DNA of 64,000 nucleotides from Eubacteriales bacterium (GTDB lineage Bacteria > Bacillota > Clostridia > Oscillospirales > CAG-272), in contig JAZORT010000023.1 of NCBI GenBank assembly GCA_045656745.1, forward strand, positions 28,901-92,900. The letters run 5' to 3'. The notes under the pieces are model-generated. The model was not told where the DNA came from. It did not search any database and worked only from the letters and a program-made list of their open reading frames with translations. The number at the start of each line of letters is the position of its first letter. Position 1 is the first letter of the stretch. Position numbers and translations under genes: made by a program. Below are positions 38,654-48,078 of the stretch, piece by piece.

Positions 38654-40120
38654 ATGAAAAAAACAAGACTTATTATTTTCGCATTTACACTTGCCTTGCT
38701 CGTGTCCGCATTCGTTGGATTCAGCGCAAGCGCAGAGGAGGACGGCGCGCTTGAAATCAAGTCGTTGAACCTCGTTTATAATGACAAGGTTGAGCTTCTC
38801 GTTGCTATTGATATTGATAACTCTCAGAGAGATAACGTTGAGGTTACTTACACCCTCGGCGGTGAGAGCTACGAGGCAATGCTTCATCCCACCGAAACCT
38901 ACACGAATGACGGCGTTACATATCCCGTATTCTACACTGTGGGTATAGCTCCCAAGGATATTGACTCGGTTATGACCTTTGAAGCGCACATCAAGGGCAG
39001 CGGAGCAAAGGGCGAGGCATACTCGGCTTCTATTCTCGACTACCTTTACGCAAGACTTTATAAAAACGGCTATATAGATATGACCGAGGGCGATGACCTC
39101 AAGAGAAAAGAGCTTTACATTAACACGATAAACTACGCCTCCAGCGCAAAGGACGTTCTCGTTAACGTTGGGGAGGGCAAAGAGGAGCCTCTCTTCACCG
39201 ACTATCTCTTCGCTTGGTCGAATGATGACGGCTTCAAGGTTGCAGCCGACCGCTTCTTCGGTGCTTTTACTCCCGGCAGCGAGATAACCCCCGTTTTCGT
39301 TGGCGAAGGCTCCGTTTCCGAGTGGAACCTCTTTAATGCAGAGGGCGTGTCTCTCGGCACTGCTGAGCTCGGCTCCGCCGTAGCGCTTAACTGCCACACC
39401 GAGTTTTCTAAAGCCGTGCTCGAGGACAGCGTTACCGTAATGGATTATGAAAACGGCGCATCTAATGCTTTTGTATCCTCCGTTGACGCAAGCGGCAACC
39501 CCGTAAGCGGTGCTTATGCAAGCGGCTCTTCGCTTGCGATGGGTCTTACTACTAAAGGTGACAACACCTATCTCCAGGTTCGTAACCCTGCAAACAGCGG
39601 TAAGACCGGCGTAACTACCGTAAATCTTTCCAACACTATTCAGACAGGTAACTGCTACACCTTCGAGACCAAGATCAATATAGAAGGCGCAACCGGCGGC
39701 AACAACTTCGCTCAGCTCGTGTTCGTTAACAACAACGGCGGTGAGGCTGTAAATCTTTATCTGAAGGCTACAAATAATGCGAACGGAAAGGCTAACTTTG
39801 CTGTTGCAACCACCGGCACAAACTCTAACTTCACCGCGGGTACCGTTCTCTTCGACTATAACGACAAGTCTATCGGCACTACCACCTGGTTCACTCTTCG
39901 CGTTGAGTTCTACTTTGAAGGCGCGGGCGATGCTACTGCGGAGAACACCTACATGAAGCTCTACGTTGACGATATTCTCGCATACGACGGTCTTGCGCAC
40001 TGGGCGCTTGGCGCAAACATCAACCGCGTTGAGATAAGACACGTCTCCGCAGGTAAGACTCACAACACCTGCTACGATGACATCTTCTTCACCAGAACAA
40101 ACAAGGCATACACAGAATAA
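38654..40120 (+). CDS. Cassette 3 secreted protein: shared N-terminal domain plus lectin-like module
   Basis: Sec signal ending ASA-EE; 'YPVFYTVGIAPK...SILDYLYARLYKNGY'. Confidence 0.85.
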   Translation: MKKTRLIIFAFTLALLVSAFVGFSASAEEDGALEIKSLNLVYNDKVELLVAIDIDNSQRDNVEVTYTLGGESYEAMLHPTETYTNDGVTYPVFYTVGIAPKDIDSVMTFEAHIKGSGAKGEAYSASILDYLYARLYKNGYIDMTEGDDLKRKELYINTINYASSAKDVLVNVGEGKEEPLFTDYLFAWSNDDGFKVAADRFFGAFTPGSEITPVFVGEGSVSEWNLFNAEGVSLGTAELGSAVALNCHTEFSKAVLEDSVTVMDYENGASNAFVSSVDASGNPVSGAYASGSSLAMGLTTKGDNTYLQVRNPANSGKTGVTTVNLSNTIQTGNCYTFETKINIEGATGGNNFAQLVFVNNNGGEAVNLYLKATNNANGKANFAVATTGTNSNFTAGTVLFDYNDKSIGTTTWFTLRVEFYFEGAGDATAENTYMKLYVDDILAYDGLAHWALGANINRVEIRHVSAGKTHNTCYDDIFFTRTNKAYTE

Positions 40121-40132
40121 ATAAAAACTGCT

Positions 40133-40168
40133 TCGTGGCTTTCGCTCATTGGTGAAAGCCACGATTTT
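40133..40168 (+). terminator. Intra-operon stem-loop after the cassette 3 secreted gene
   Basis: TCGTGGCTTTCGC...GTGAAAGCCACGATTTT. Confidence 0.6.
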
Positions 40169-40187
40169 GAAAACAAAGGTTTACAAA

Positions 40188-41525
40188 ATGAAAACCAGAG
40201 AAGAAATACTGACAAAAGAGCGGCTTGATTTTGTAAAAGAAAAAAGAGAGGCTATTCGTGAGAAAGCCTTCCTAGCCGCAGAAGAAAAAATAGGCAAAGA
40301 GGGCGCATGTGCCCTAAAGGAGCTTTATTCCTCCTTTGATGAAAAAATATATATTTGGTTTTCGGGGCTTTGGGATAAGGACATAGGCGCGTTCTATTAT
40401 TCCGAGTCGGCAAAAGACACCTCTCCCTATCTTCCCGATATAGAAAGCACTGTGCAAATCCTCCGCTTTCTTAACAACTCGGGTATGATTGCCAAAGGCG
40501 AGGGAAGCTACCTTAACAGAATACCCGCTGCGGTGCGCGAGGGAATAGTGAATTTTGCTCTTTCGCTCCAGGACCCAGACGGCTTCTTTTATCACCCACA
40601 ATGGGGCAAGAATATCTCTCCCTCAAGGCGGGGCAGGGACCTTTCCTGGGCAAAAAACACCCTTGCCGATGCGGGCGTTCAGCCGAAATATATGCTCCCC
40701 ACCGCAAAGACCGCGGACGGAAAACGCTCGGAGCATCTTCCCGATTACCTAAAGGATATAAGCCTTTTTAAGGAATATCTTGAAAAATTCGACATTCGTG
40801 AAAATTCCTATTACATAGGAAACATTATAGAGTCAACAATGTCGCTTATCAGCGCTGCGGGCGAGGAATATACTTCCTATCTTGCCGAGTGGCTCAACCG
40901 CAACAACCGCGCGGATAACGGACTTTGGGAGGAAGAGATAAAATATTCCTCGGTTAACGGACTTATGAAGCTTTCGGGCAATTACCCTGCCTTAAAGACG
41001 GGACTTCCTCACGCAGAGGCATCTCTTCGCAGCGCATTTTTTGCCGCTATGAGTGACGAGAGAATGAAGTTCGTTTGCGAGGTCTATAACCCCTGGGCAA
41101 CCATAGGCAATATCTTCCGCGCAAACAAGGACACCCCCGACAAGGCGGTGCTTGACAGTATGAGAGCAGAGCTTATCGAAAGCGCCCCCCGTCTTATTGA
41201 AAAAACCAAAGAAAAGATAGGCGTTTTCGGAAAGGGTGACGGCTCGTACTCCTATTTTAAACGCATGTCAAGCTCTATTTCTCAGGGCGCTCCCGTTGCG
41301 ATCCCCGGCACAAACGAGGGTGACGTAAATGCAACCACAATATGTGTCGGCTCTACGGCAAGGTGTATATGCGCGGCATTCGGTTTGCCGATGATACCCA
41401 TTTTCGCTCCCGAGGACGGAGAGCTGTTCTTCGAGCTTTTGGAGAACGCCCCCGCCGTAGTAAAAAAGCGCAGTCTTGATGTTTTTCCCGAAAAGCTTTC
41501 CGATAAGGAAGAGCTTGGTGAATAA
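40188..41525 (+). CDS. Cassette 3 cytoplasmic unknown barrel enzyme
   Basis: GAFYYSESAKD, YLPDIEST, FYHPQWG, RRGRD, VNGLMK, YNPW and EGDVNAT motifs. Confidence 0.85.
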   Translation: MKTREEILTKERLDFVKEKREAIREKAFLAAEEKIGKEGACALKELYSSFDEKIYIWFSGLWDKDIGAFYYSESAKDTSPYLPDIESTVQILRFLNNSGMIAKGEGSYLNRIPAAVREGIVNFALSLQDPDGFFYHPQWGKNISPSRRGRDLSWAKNTLADAGVQPKYMLPTAKTADGKRSEHLPDYLKDISLFKEYLEKFDIRENSYYIGNIIESTMSLISAAGEEYTSYLAEWLNRNNRADNGLWEEEIKYSSVNGLMKLSGNYPALKTGLPHAEASLRSAFFAAMSDERMKFVCEVYNPWATIGNIFRANKDTPDKAVLDSMRAELIESAPRLIEKTKEKIGVFGKGDGSYSYFKRMSSSISQGAPVAIPGTNEGDVNATTICVGSTARCICAAFGLPMIPIFAPEDGELFFELLENAPAVVKKRSLDVFPEKLSDKEELGE

Positions 41526-41546
41526 ATACTGCCGAAAGGAAAAGAT

Positions 41547-44500
41547 ATGAAAAAAATATTTTTGTTTTTATGTATAGCGGCTATGTCGGCGCTACTGCTT
41601 GCCTCTTGTGAGAAAAACGAGAGCAAGGCTCCCTCATCGGATACCCCTCCTGCGGACACCGACACAAGCGGCGATAATAGCGAAAACAACACCGACTCAA
41701 GCGAGAAGACCGAGGGTTGGAGCAGTGGAGATAAGGTGTATTACAGAGGTGATACAAACATCTCCGTCGGAACCGTTGCCGATAGCTTTTTGAGCAAAAT
41801 GGAAATTACCCTCTTTACGGATGGGGGTAGCGAGACCGATAAGCTTTTCATTCTTGGAGAATATGACTCTCCCCTTTCGGTGAAGGCATACGAGAAGCTT
41901 GAGAGTGCTGCGGTCGAGGCGGGAAATAAGGACACATTCCTTATTTATTCCAACGGCAAGGATGTTGCCATAGCATACGAAACGCTCGTTGCGCGCTATG
42001 CGGCGCTGGAATACTTCTTCAATAATTTTAAGGATCTTGATATATGCAAGGGCGGCGTGCTTGCCGTCGAGAGCATAGACGCAAGAGATTACGTAAACGA
42101 AATGAGAGCGGCTCTTCGCGGCGAGGATATTTCGGCTCTTGAGAGCGTTATTTCCTCGGGTGCGGTAAACGAGCTTAAAAAGCTTTATTCCCTCTATGAC
42201 GAGAGGGTATATATCTGGCTTGCAAACCTTTACGATCCCGATATAGGCGGATTCTATTACTCCAATTCGGGCAGAAATACTCAGGGCTTCCTCCCCGACC
42301 TTGAATCCACCGCTCAGGCGCTTATGTTTATGGCTGAAAGCGGAATGCTTGAGGATTACGATGGAGTATACGGCGTGGCGGTAACTCCCGAAATGCGCGC
42401 GGCAATTTTAGCCTTCGCAAAAAACAGCCAGGACTCCTCTGACGGATATTTTTACCATCCTCAGTGGGGCAAGAGCATAAGCAACACAAGAAGGGGCAGA
42501 GACCTTAGCTGGGCAACGAGAATAATAGCCGCTTTTGGCGAAAGACCCCTTTGGGATACGCCAAACGGTGTTGAAGGTGAAAAGCCCGGCGAGGGCGCCG
42601 TTCTGACCTCTGTTTTGCGCTCCGGAATGGCAATTTCGGTATCGAAAATAGCTTCCGTATCCAAACTTGAATACCTTCAAAGCGTTGAGCTTTTCCTAAA
42701 GCATCTTGAAGAGGATTTTGATTGGGAAACCGATTCTTACAAGGCGGGTAATTCCATAGAGTCCGACCTTGGTCAGATACAGACGGCAGGTCCCCTTTAC
42801 ACCGAGGCGCTTATCAATTTCCTTAACTCAAAGCAGAAGCAAAACGGACTTTGGGAGGACGAGATAAGCTATAATTCGGTAAACGGCTTAATGAAAATCT
42901 CGGTAGTCTACATTTCCTTAAAACAGGCTATACCCAACGCAGAGCAGGCAATGGACAGCGCGCTGCGAATGCTTAAATCCGAGGACACTCCCTCTCACGT
43001 TTGCTCGGTTTACAACCCCTGGGAGGCGGTAGTAAACGTTTTAAAGAGTATCGAAAAAACCTCGGGCTTTGAGGCAGTTTATCAGCTGAAGAGTCAGTTC
43101 AGAGAAGAGGCAGAGGAGCTGATCAGGGTAACGGTAGAGAAGATTTCGGAATTCAAGAAGAGTGACGGAGGATTTTCATATTACCTAAAGTATTCGGCGC
43201 CCAATTCCCAAGGCTCTGCGGTAGCTCTCGAAAAATCCGCAGAGAGTGATGTAAACGCAACCATGATTTGCACAAACAGTATAGTGGGAGCAATGTTCGA
43301 AGCTTTCGGCATTGATCAGGTCAACCGCTACTATGCGGTAGATTACGCTCTGTTTTCCGACACGCTTTACGACCTCGGCACGATCATAAAGGACAAAATT
43401 CCCGAGCCGGAGGAAATTACCTTTGACGATTATGACGCGGCCTGGGGCGAGAGCGAGGGAGGCGTTGTTAAATACCCCGACGATTATGTTGAAAATATCG
43501 TTGGCGACACCGACTCCTCAAACGGTATCTTTAAGTGGCTGCAGAGCGCAGTCGTTAAAAATCCCGACCCCGATGCTTCAAAGGGAGATAAGGTTCTTTA
43601 CGTAAAATCCAATGTAGACGTTGGCGCGCAAAAGCCCCTTGCCGACAAGCCCTCAAGCACTAGGTTTAAGATTGCATACGCCGACCTTGCAGTGCTTGGA
43701 AACTGCTTCGTTTACGACGCGGATATGTACTTTGTTCCCGGCTACGGAAAGACGAACAGCAGCGGAGCGGCAACCTCCGACCCCATATTGCAGTTGTTCT
43801 TTATGGGAGACAAAGATCCCCAGGCATCCGTCAACTTCTCGGTTTATACCGAAAACAATGTAGATTATATTAAAATCGGCGAAAATCACCAGGGCCTTGA
43901 CGGTAAGCAGAGCAATATTGCAGGTGGAATACCTATGGGCAAATGGGTGAATATCCGCTTTGAATATTACAAAAATTATGAAACAATTGAGGTAGACTCA
44001 AAGACCGTAACCGTCTTTAAACCCGTTCTCAAAATTTTCGTTGACGGAAAGTTTATGGGCGATTGCGATGCAACCATAACGGGACTAAACAGTTCGGGCG
44101 TGATAGATTATTACGACAGAAAAATAAACCAGGTATCGGTATCATACTACCGCTATCTTGCAAGCGAGGTTTATTTCAACAACGTTCTTGTGGAGCGCAC
44201 GAGAAAGGAATACGTCAAGGGCGAAAACCCCGATGCTATGATAGACCCGCCGCTTCCCGATGAGGAAATGCGTGAAAGCTACGGCTTTGAGGACGGGCTT
44301 CTTAACACCTCCAATGTTGTAAATAAGGTAAGAGTTTTAGACTTCGGCGTTAAAAAATACATTAACGCAAGTGAGGGTCAAACCTACAATCCCTATATTT
44401 CTTACAGCATAACCGCCGACCCAAAGGATGCGGCAAACAAGGTTTTAAGGGTTGAAACTTTGAAATCCGAAGAGTTTGACAAGCCCTCGAGAACGGAGGT

Positions 44501-45680
44501 AAATCTCTACAACTCCTCCGCAGACGGCACAGATTATATCTTCGAGAGCAAATTCTACTACGAGTCGGATGCAATCGGAATAAACGGCGACCTGACGCAG
44601 ATTTTGTTCTTAAACGCAAACGAGGGACAGCTTTACGTCCTTCGCATCTCGGCAAAGCAGACAAACGGCGTCTTTAAGCTTTCACTTATCGAGAATAACG
44701 GCGAGGGTAAGACGATTTGCGAGAACATAGCCTGCGACGAGTGGTTCACGCTGAAAATTGTGTTCCACAGAACGGGCAATGCCGAAACAACGGGCGCAGA
44801 TATCTATCTTAACGGCGAGCACGTAGCAACCGACACAAGCTATAAGGAGGCAGCCCTTCAGCAAAGCCCCTTGATCAAGGTTGCTCTCGTTCACCAAAAG
44901 ACCAACAGATCCACCGTTTATCTTGACGATATTTCCTTTAAGAAGAGCGGAAGCATAAACGAGTCTGTAGAGGAAGATAAGCCGATTGCCGACTTTACCG
45001 ACGGCTTTAACACCAAATATGTTCACAGCTTCACCTACCTAGGCTCCGAGTGCCTTAACGTTGCCGACGTTGACCCCGTAAAGATGGAAACCCTTTACAC
45101 AAAGTTCTATCTTTACACCGACCCCAAGGACGGCGCAAATCAGGTCCTGCGCGCGGTAAATAAAAACGGCGGCACTAACGCGGGCTACACTCGTGTTGAT
45201 ATTTCGGGTGATAAAACCAAGGGCGATAAATACACTCTTGAAACGAGAATGTATATCGAAACCGCAAGCACGGGATATAACCTGACGCAGATAAAGTTTG
45301 TTGACAAAAACGGCGGTACAGCCTTTAACGCCTATGTTTCAATCGACTCGGCTACGAATAATCTAAAGATTGCAACAACGGGCAGCGGCAGCTTCCCCGC
45401 GGCAGGTACAAACCTTATAAGCACCGATATTTCGATCAAGAAAGCCGAGTGGTTTACTTTAAGAGTGGAGCTTTACCACAAGGGCAATGACTCTACAAGC
45501 TCTAACACCTACCTGAAGCTCTATCTTAACGATACTCTCGCGTATGACGGAATTGCATACAACTCCCTGGGTGCAGAGATAGACTTTGTTGACCTCGTTC
45601 ATTGTAAAACCGCAAAATCGAGCGGGGTTTACTTTGACGACATCTCCTTGACAAGAGCCGACCTCTCATACGGAAGCTGA
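41547..45680 (+). CDS. Cassette 3 giant lipoprotein (1377 aa): barrel enzyme domain plus three lectin-like modules
   Basis: Lipobox LASC, conserved motifs, last module homologous to the C-terminus of 38654..40120; no acidic Trp tail. Confidence 0.88.
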   Translation: MKKIFLFLCIAAMSALLLASCEKNESKAPSSDTPPADTDTSGDNSENNTDSSEKTEGWSSGDKVYYRGDTNISVGTVADSFLSKMEITLFTDGGSETDKLFILGEYDSPLSVKAYEKLESAAVEAGNKDTFLIYSNGKDVAIAYETLVARYAALEYFFNNFKDLDICKGGVLAVESIDARDYVNEMRAALRGEDISALESVISSGAVNELKKLYSLYDERVYIWLANLYDPDIGGFYYSNSGRNTQGFLPDLESTAQALMFMAESGMLEDYDGVYGVAVTPEMRAAILAFAKNSQDSSDGYFYHPQWGKSISNTRRGRDLSWATRIIAAFGERPLWDTPNGVEGEKPGEGAVLTSVLRSGMAISVSKIASVSKLEYLQSVELFLKHLEEDFDWETDSYKAGNSIESDLGQIQTAGPLYTEALINFLNSKQKQNGLWEDEISYNSVNGLMKISVVYISLKQAIPNAEQAMDSALRMLKSEDTPSHVCSVYNPWEAVVNVLKSIEKTSGFEAVYQLKSQFREEAEELIRVTVEKISEFKKSDGGFSYYLKYSAPNSQGSAVALEKSAESDVNATMICTNSIVGAMFEAFGIDQVNRYYAVDYALFSDTLYDLGTIIKDKIPEPEEITFDDYDAAWGESEGGVVKYPDDYVENIVGDTDSSNGIFKWLQSAVVKNPDPDASKGDKVLYVKSNVDVGAQKPLADKPSSTRFKIAYADLAVLGNCFVYDADMYFVPGYGKTNSSGAATSDPILQLFFMGDKDPQASVNFSVYTENNVDYIKIGENHQGLDGKQSNIAGGIPMGKWVNIRFEYYKNYETIEVDSKTVTVFKPVLKIFVDGKFMGDCDATITGLNSSGVIDYYDRKINQVSVSYYRYLASEVYFNNVLVERTRKEYVKGENPDAMIDPPLPDEEMRESYGFEDGLLNTSNVVNKVRVLDFGVKKYINASEGQTYNPYISYSITADPKDAANKVLRVETLKSEEFDKPSRTEVNLYNSSADGTDYIFESKFYYESDAIGINGDLTQILFLNANEGQLYVLRISAKQTNGVFKLSLIENNGEGKTICENIACDEWFTLKIVFHRTGNAETTGADIYLNGEHVATDTSYKEAALQQSPLIKVALVHQKTNRSTVYLDDISFKKSGSINESVEEDKPIADFTDGFNTKYVHSFTYLGSECLNVADVDPVKMETLYTKFYLYTDPKDGANQVLRAVNKNGGTNAGYTRVDISGDKTKGDKYTLETRMYIETASTGYNLTQIKFVDKNGGTAFNAYVSIDSATNNLKIATTGSGSFPAAGTNLISTDISIKKAEWFTLRVELYHKGNDSTSSNTYLKLYLNDTLAYDGIAYNSLGAEIDFVDLVHCKTAKSSGVYFDDISLTRADLSYGS

Positions 45681-45791
45681 TGCTCTTGAAAAAAAGAGAT
45701 AGCCCCGCTTTTTTGAAAAAATCTATTGAACTTACCGTATATATATGTTATAATTAACTATACAAATTAAAAAATATTTAGGAGACGATTT

Positions 45792-47390
45792 ATGAAGACC
45801 AAAACTCTTGGCGTAATGCTTGACGTTTCGCGAAACGCCGTTATGAATATGGAAAATCTTAAAAGATTTATTACGGTGCTTAAAAAGATGGGATATAACT
45901 GTCTCTTCCTTTACGCCGAGGATACCTATGAGGTAGAGGGCGAGCCGTACTTCGGCTATATGAGAGGAAGATACACCGCTGAGGAAATGCGCGAGATGGA
46001 CGAGTTTGCATCGAGCATCGGCGTTGAGATTATCCCCTGCATACAGACCCTCGCTCACCTTACCCCCATCAGCAGATGGCAGCAGTATCCTATGGATACC
46101 GACGATATTCTTATGGTTGATGACGAAAAGACCTATGAGCTTATCGACAATATGTTCAAAACTCTTTCAAAGAACTTTAAGACAAAGAGAATACACGTTG
46201 GTATGGACGAGGCGCACATGCTCGGCAGAGGAAAGCACCTTGATAAATACGGCTACGAGACGGTTGACGTGCTTATGAAGCGCCACCTTGAAAAGGTTTG
46301 CGAGATAGGCGACAAGTACGGCTACGAAATTATGATTTGGTCGGATATGTACTTCCGTCCCTGGAACAATCACGAGTATTTCATTGACAAGGTTGATATG
46401 CCCGAGGAGTATATTAAGGCTCTGCCCTCTAACGTTATCCCCGTTTATTGGGACTATTATTCCAAGGACCCCAACCGTTACGACAATATGCTCTATAACC
46501 ACAAGCAGATTTCGAACAAAACCTGGTTTGCCGGCGGTGCCTGGACCTGGGGCGGCTTTATGCCCCACAACGCTTGCTCGCTCCAGTGCACACCCCCTGC
46601 AATCGACGCCTGCAAGAAGTATAAGATCGATAATATAATGATCACTCTTTGGGGTGATAACGGCGCAGAATGCTCGAAGTACGGCGTTCTTCCCACACTC
46701 TTCTTTATTGCCCAGCTTGTAAAGGGTAATAAGGATATGGAGCTTGTTAAAGCAAAGTTTAAGAGAATGTTCGGTCTCTCCTTTGAGGATTTCCTCCTTC
46801 TTGATAAGCCTAACGAGATCGCGATGCCCGAAAACAGCGTTGACCCCGTTAACCCCTGTAAGTATATGCTTTATTCCGACCCCTTCGTGGGCTTCCTTGA
46901 CTCAACCGTAAAATTGGGCGAGGGAAAGAAGTATATCGAGTATGCAAAGGAGCTTCGCGCTACCGCAAAAAAGACGAGAAAATACGGTTACCTCTTCAAC
47001 ACCGCATCCACCCTTTGCGACACCCTTGCCGATAAGTACGAGCTTGGCGTAAAAACCAGAGCGGCGTATAAAGCGGGCGATAAGGCAGAGCTTCTCCGCC
47101 TTGCAAAAGAGGAATATACGAGAGTTGAAGCAAATCTCAAGCTGTTTATCAAAGCCTTTGAAAAGCAGTGGCTTTACGAAAACAAGTCCTGCGGCTTTGA
47201 GGTGCAGGAATACCGCCTTGGCGGCCTTCTTTACAGAATCGGAAGCTGTAAAAAGCAGCTTATCGCCTACGCCGAGGGTAAAATCGACCGCATTCCCGAG
47301 CTTGAAGAAGAAATTCTCACCTTCCGCAAAGACGGCGAAAGCATCTACTATAACCTCTTCAGAACTAACATAACCGCAAACGTAATGTAA
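45792..47390 (+). CDS. GH20-family beta-N-acetylhexosaminidase (GcnA-like)
   Basis: GVMLDVSRNAV, LYAEDTY, PCIQTLAH, catalytic HVGMDEAH, TLWGDNG. Confidence 0.88.
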   Translation: MKTKTLGVMLDVSRNAVMNMENLKRFITVLKKMGYNCLFLYAEDTYEVEGEPYFGYMRGRYTAEEMREMDEFASSIGVEIIPCIQTLAHLTPISRWQQYPMDTDDILMVDDEKTYELIDNMFKTLSKNFKTKRIHVGMDEAHMLGRGKHLDKYGYETVDVLMKRHLEKVCEIGDKYGYEIMIWSDMYFRPWNNHEYFIDKVDMPEEYIKALPSNVIPVYWDYYSKDPNRYDNMLYNHKQISNKTWFAGGAWTWGGFMPHNACSLQCTPPAIDACKKYKIDNIMITLWGDNGAECSKYGVLPTLFFIAQLVKGNKDMELVKAKFKRMFGLSFEDFLLLDKPNEIAMPENSVDPVNPCKYMLYSDPFVGFLDSTVKLGEGKKYIEYAKELRATAKKTRKYGYLFNTASTLCDTLADKYELGVKTRAAYKAGDKAELLRLAKEEYTRVEANLKLFIKAFEKQWLYENKSCGFEVQEYRLGGLLYRIGSCKKQLIAYAEGKIDRIPELEEEILTFRKDGESIYYNLFRTNITANVM

Positions 47391-47410
47391 ACTGATGTTT
47401 GCAAAAAAAG

Positions 47411-47441
47411 AAACCGACAGAGGATTTCCTCTGTCGGTTTT
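47411..47441. terminator. Bidirectional terminator
   Basis: AAACCGACAGAGGA-TT-TCCTCTGTCGGTTT. Confidence 0.75.
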
Positions 47442-47451
47442 GTCATTAATA

Positions 47452-47874
47452 TTACTCTTTTGTTTCAAATAAGGGTATAGCGGTAAGGGCAAGAAAACAA
47501 ATGTTTACTGCAAGATAATATACCTTTATGTCTGTGATATGTATAAATAGGCATGATATACATTCGATTAAAAGCAGTATGAACGACAACACAAAACCTA
47601 TTTTTCTTGCTTTTTTGGAAGCAATTCCGATAATTAGGCATACAGCAGCAATGAACCAAAGAGCATAGATAATAAAGATTATCGCACGAATTAAAAATAA
47701 ATGCAAATTTGCGTTCAAGTCTAAATCGCAAAAAGCAAGGCTTACGCCAAAATTCAAAGGGCTGCTAATGGGTATCGGGTCATGCACTGAAGACATCGTA
47801 AAATTGTAGGTGCTGGAAAAATAGGAAAATCGAGTAAAAATTATTTTGATAAAAACAACAAGATATGTCCACAT
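47452..47874 (-). CDS. Hypothetical membrane protein (AT-rich)
   Basis: GGAGG RBS before the ATG; about four hydrophobic segments. Confidence 0.6.
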   Translation of the reverse strand: MWTYLVVFIKIIFTRFSYFSSTYNFTMSSVHDPIPISSPLNFGVSLAFCDLDLNANLHLFLIRAIIFIIYALWFIAAVCLIIGIASKKARKIGFVLSFILLLIECISCLFIHITDIKVYYLAVNICFLALTAIPLFETKE

Positions 47875-47917
47875 TTTATGAGCGCCTCCGCCTTTGTATT
47901 TTGTTTGGTTTTAAAGA

Positions 47918-48016
47918 TTAGTTAGAAACTTCTGCAAAGCTGTATAATTTCACAGAAATAATATTAGCCAATAGGATAAAAACAAACGCGAGTATAATTG
48001 AGAGTGCTTTTTTCAT
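47918..48016 (-). pseudogene. Probable gene remnant encoding only a signal-peptide-like 32 aa (MKKALSIILAFVFILLANIISVKLYSFAEVSN)
   Basis: GGAG RBS and signal-like sequence followed by an early stop. Confidence 0.35.
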
Positions 48017-48078
48017 TAGCAAATTACTCCTTGAAAAATATTTGCAAAGCATTTTGATGTAATATGATGGTTGTTCCG

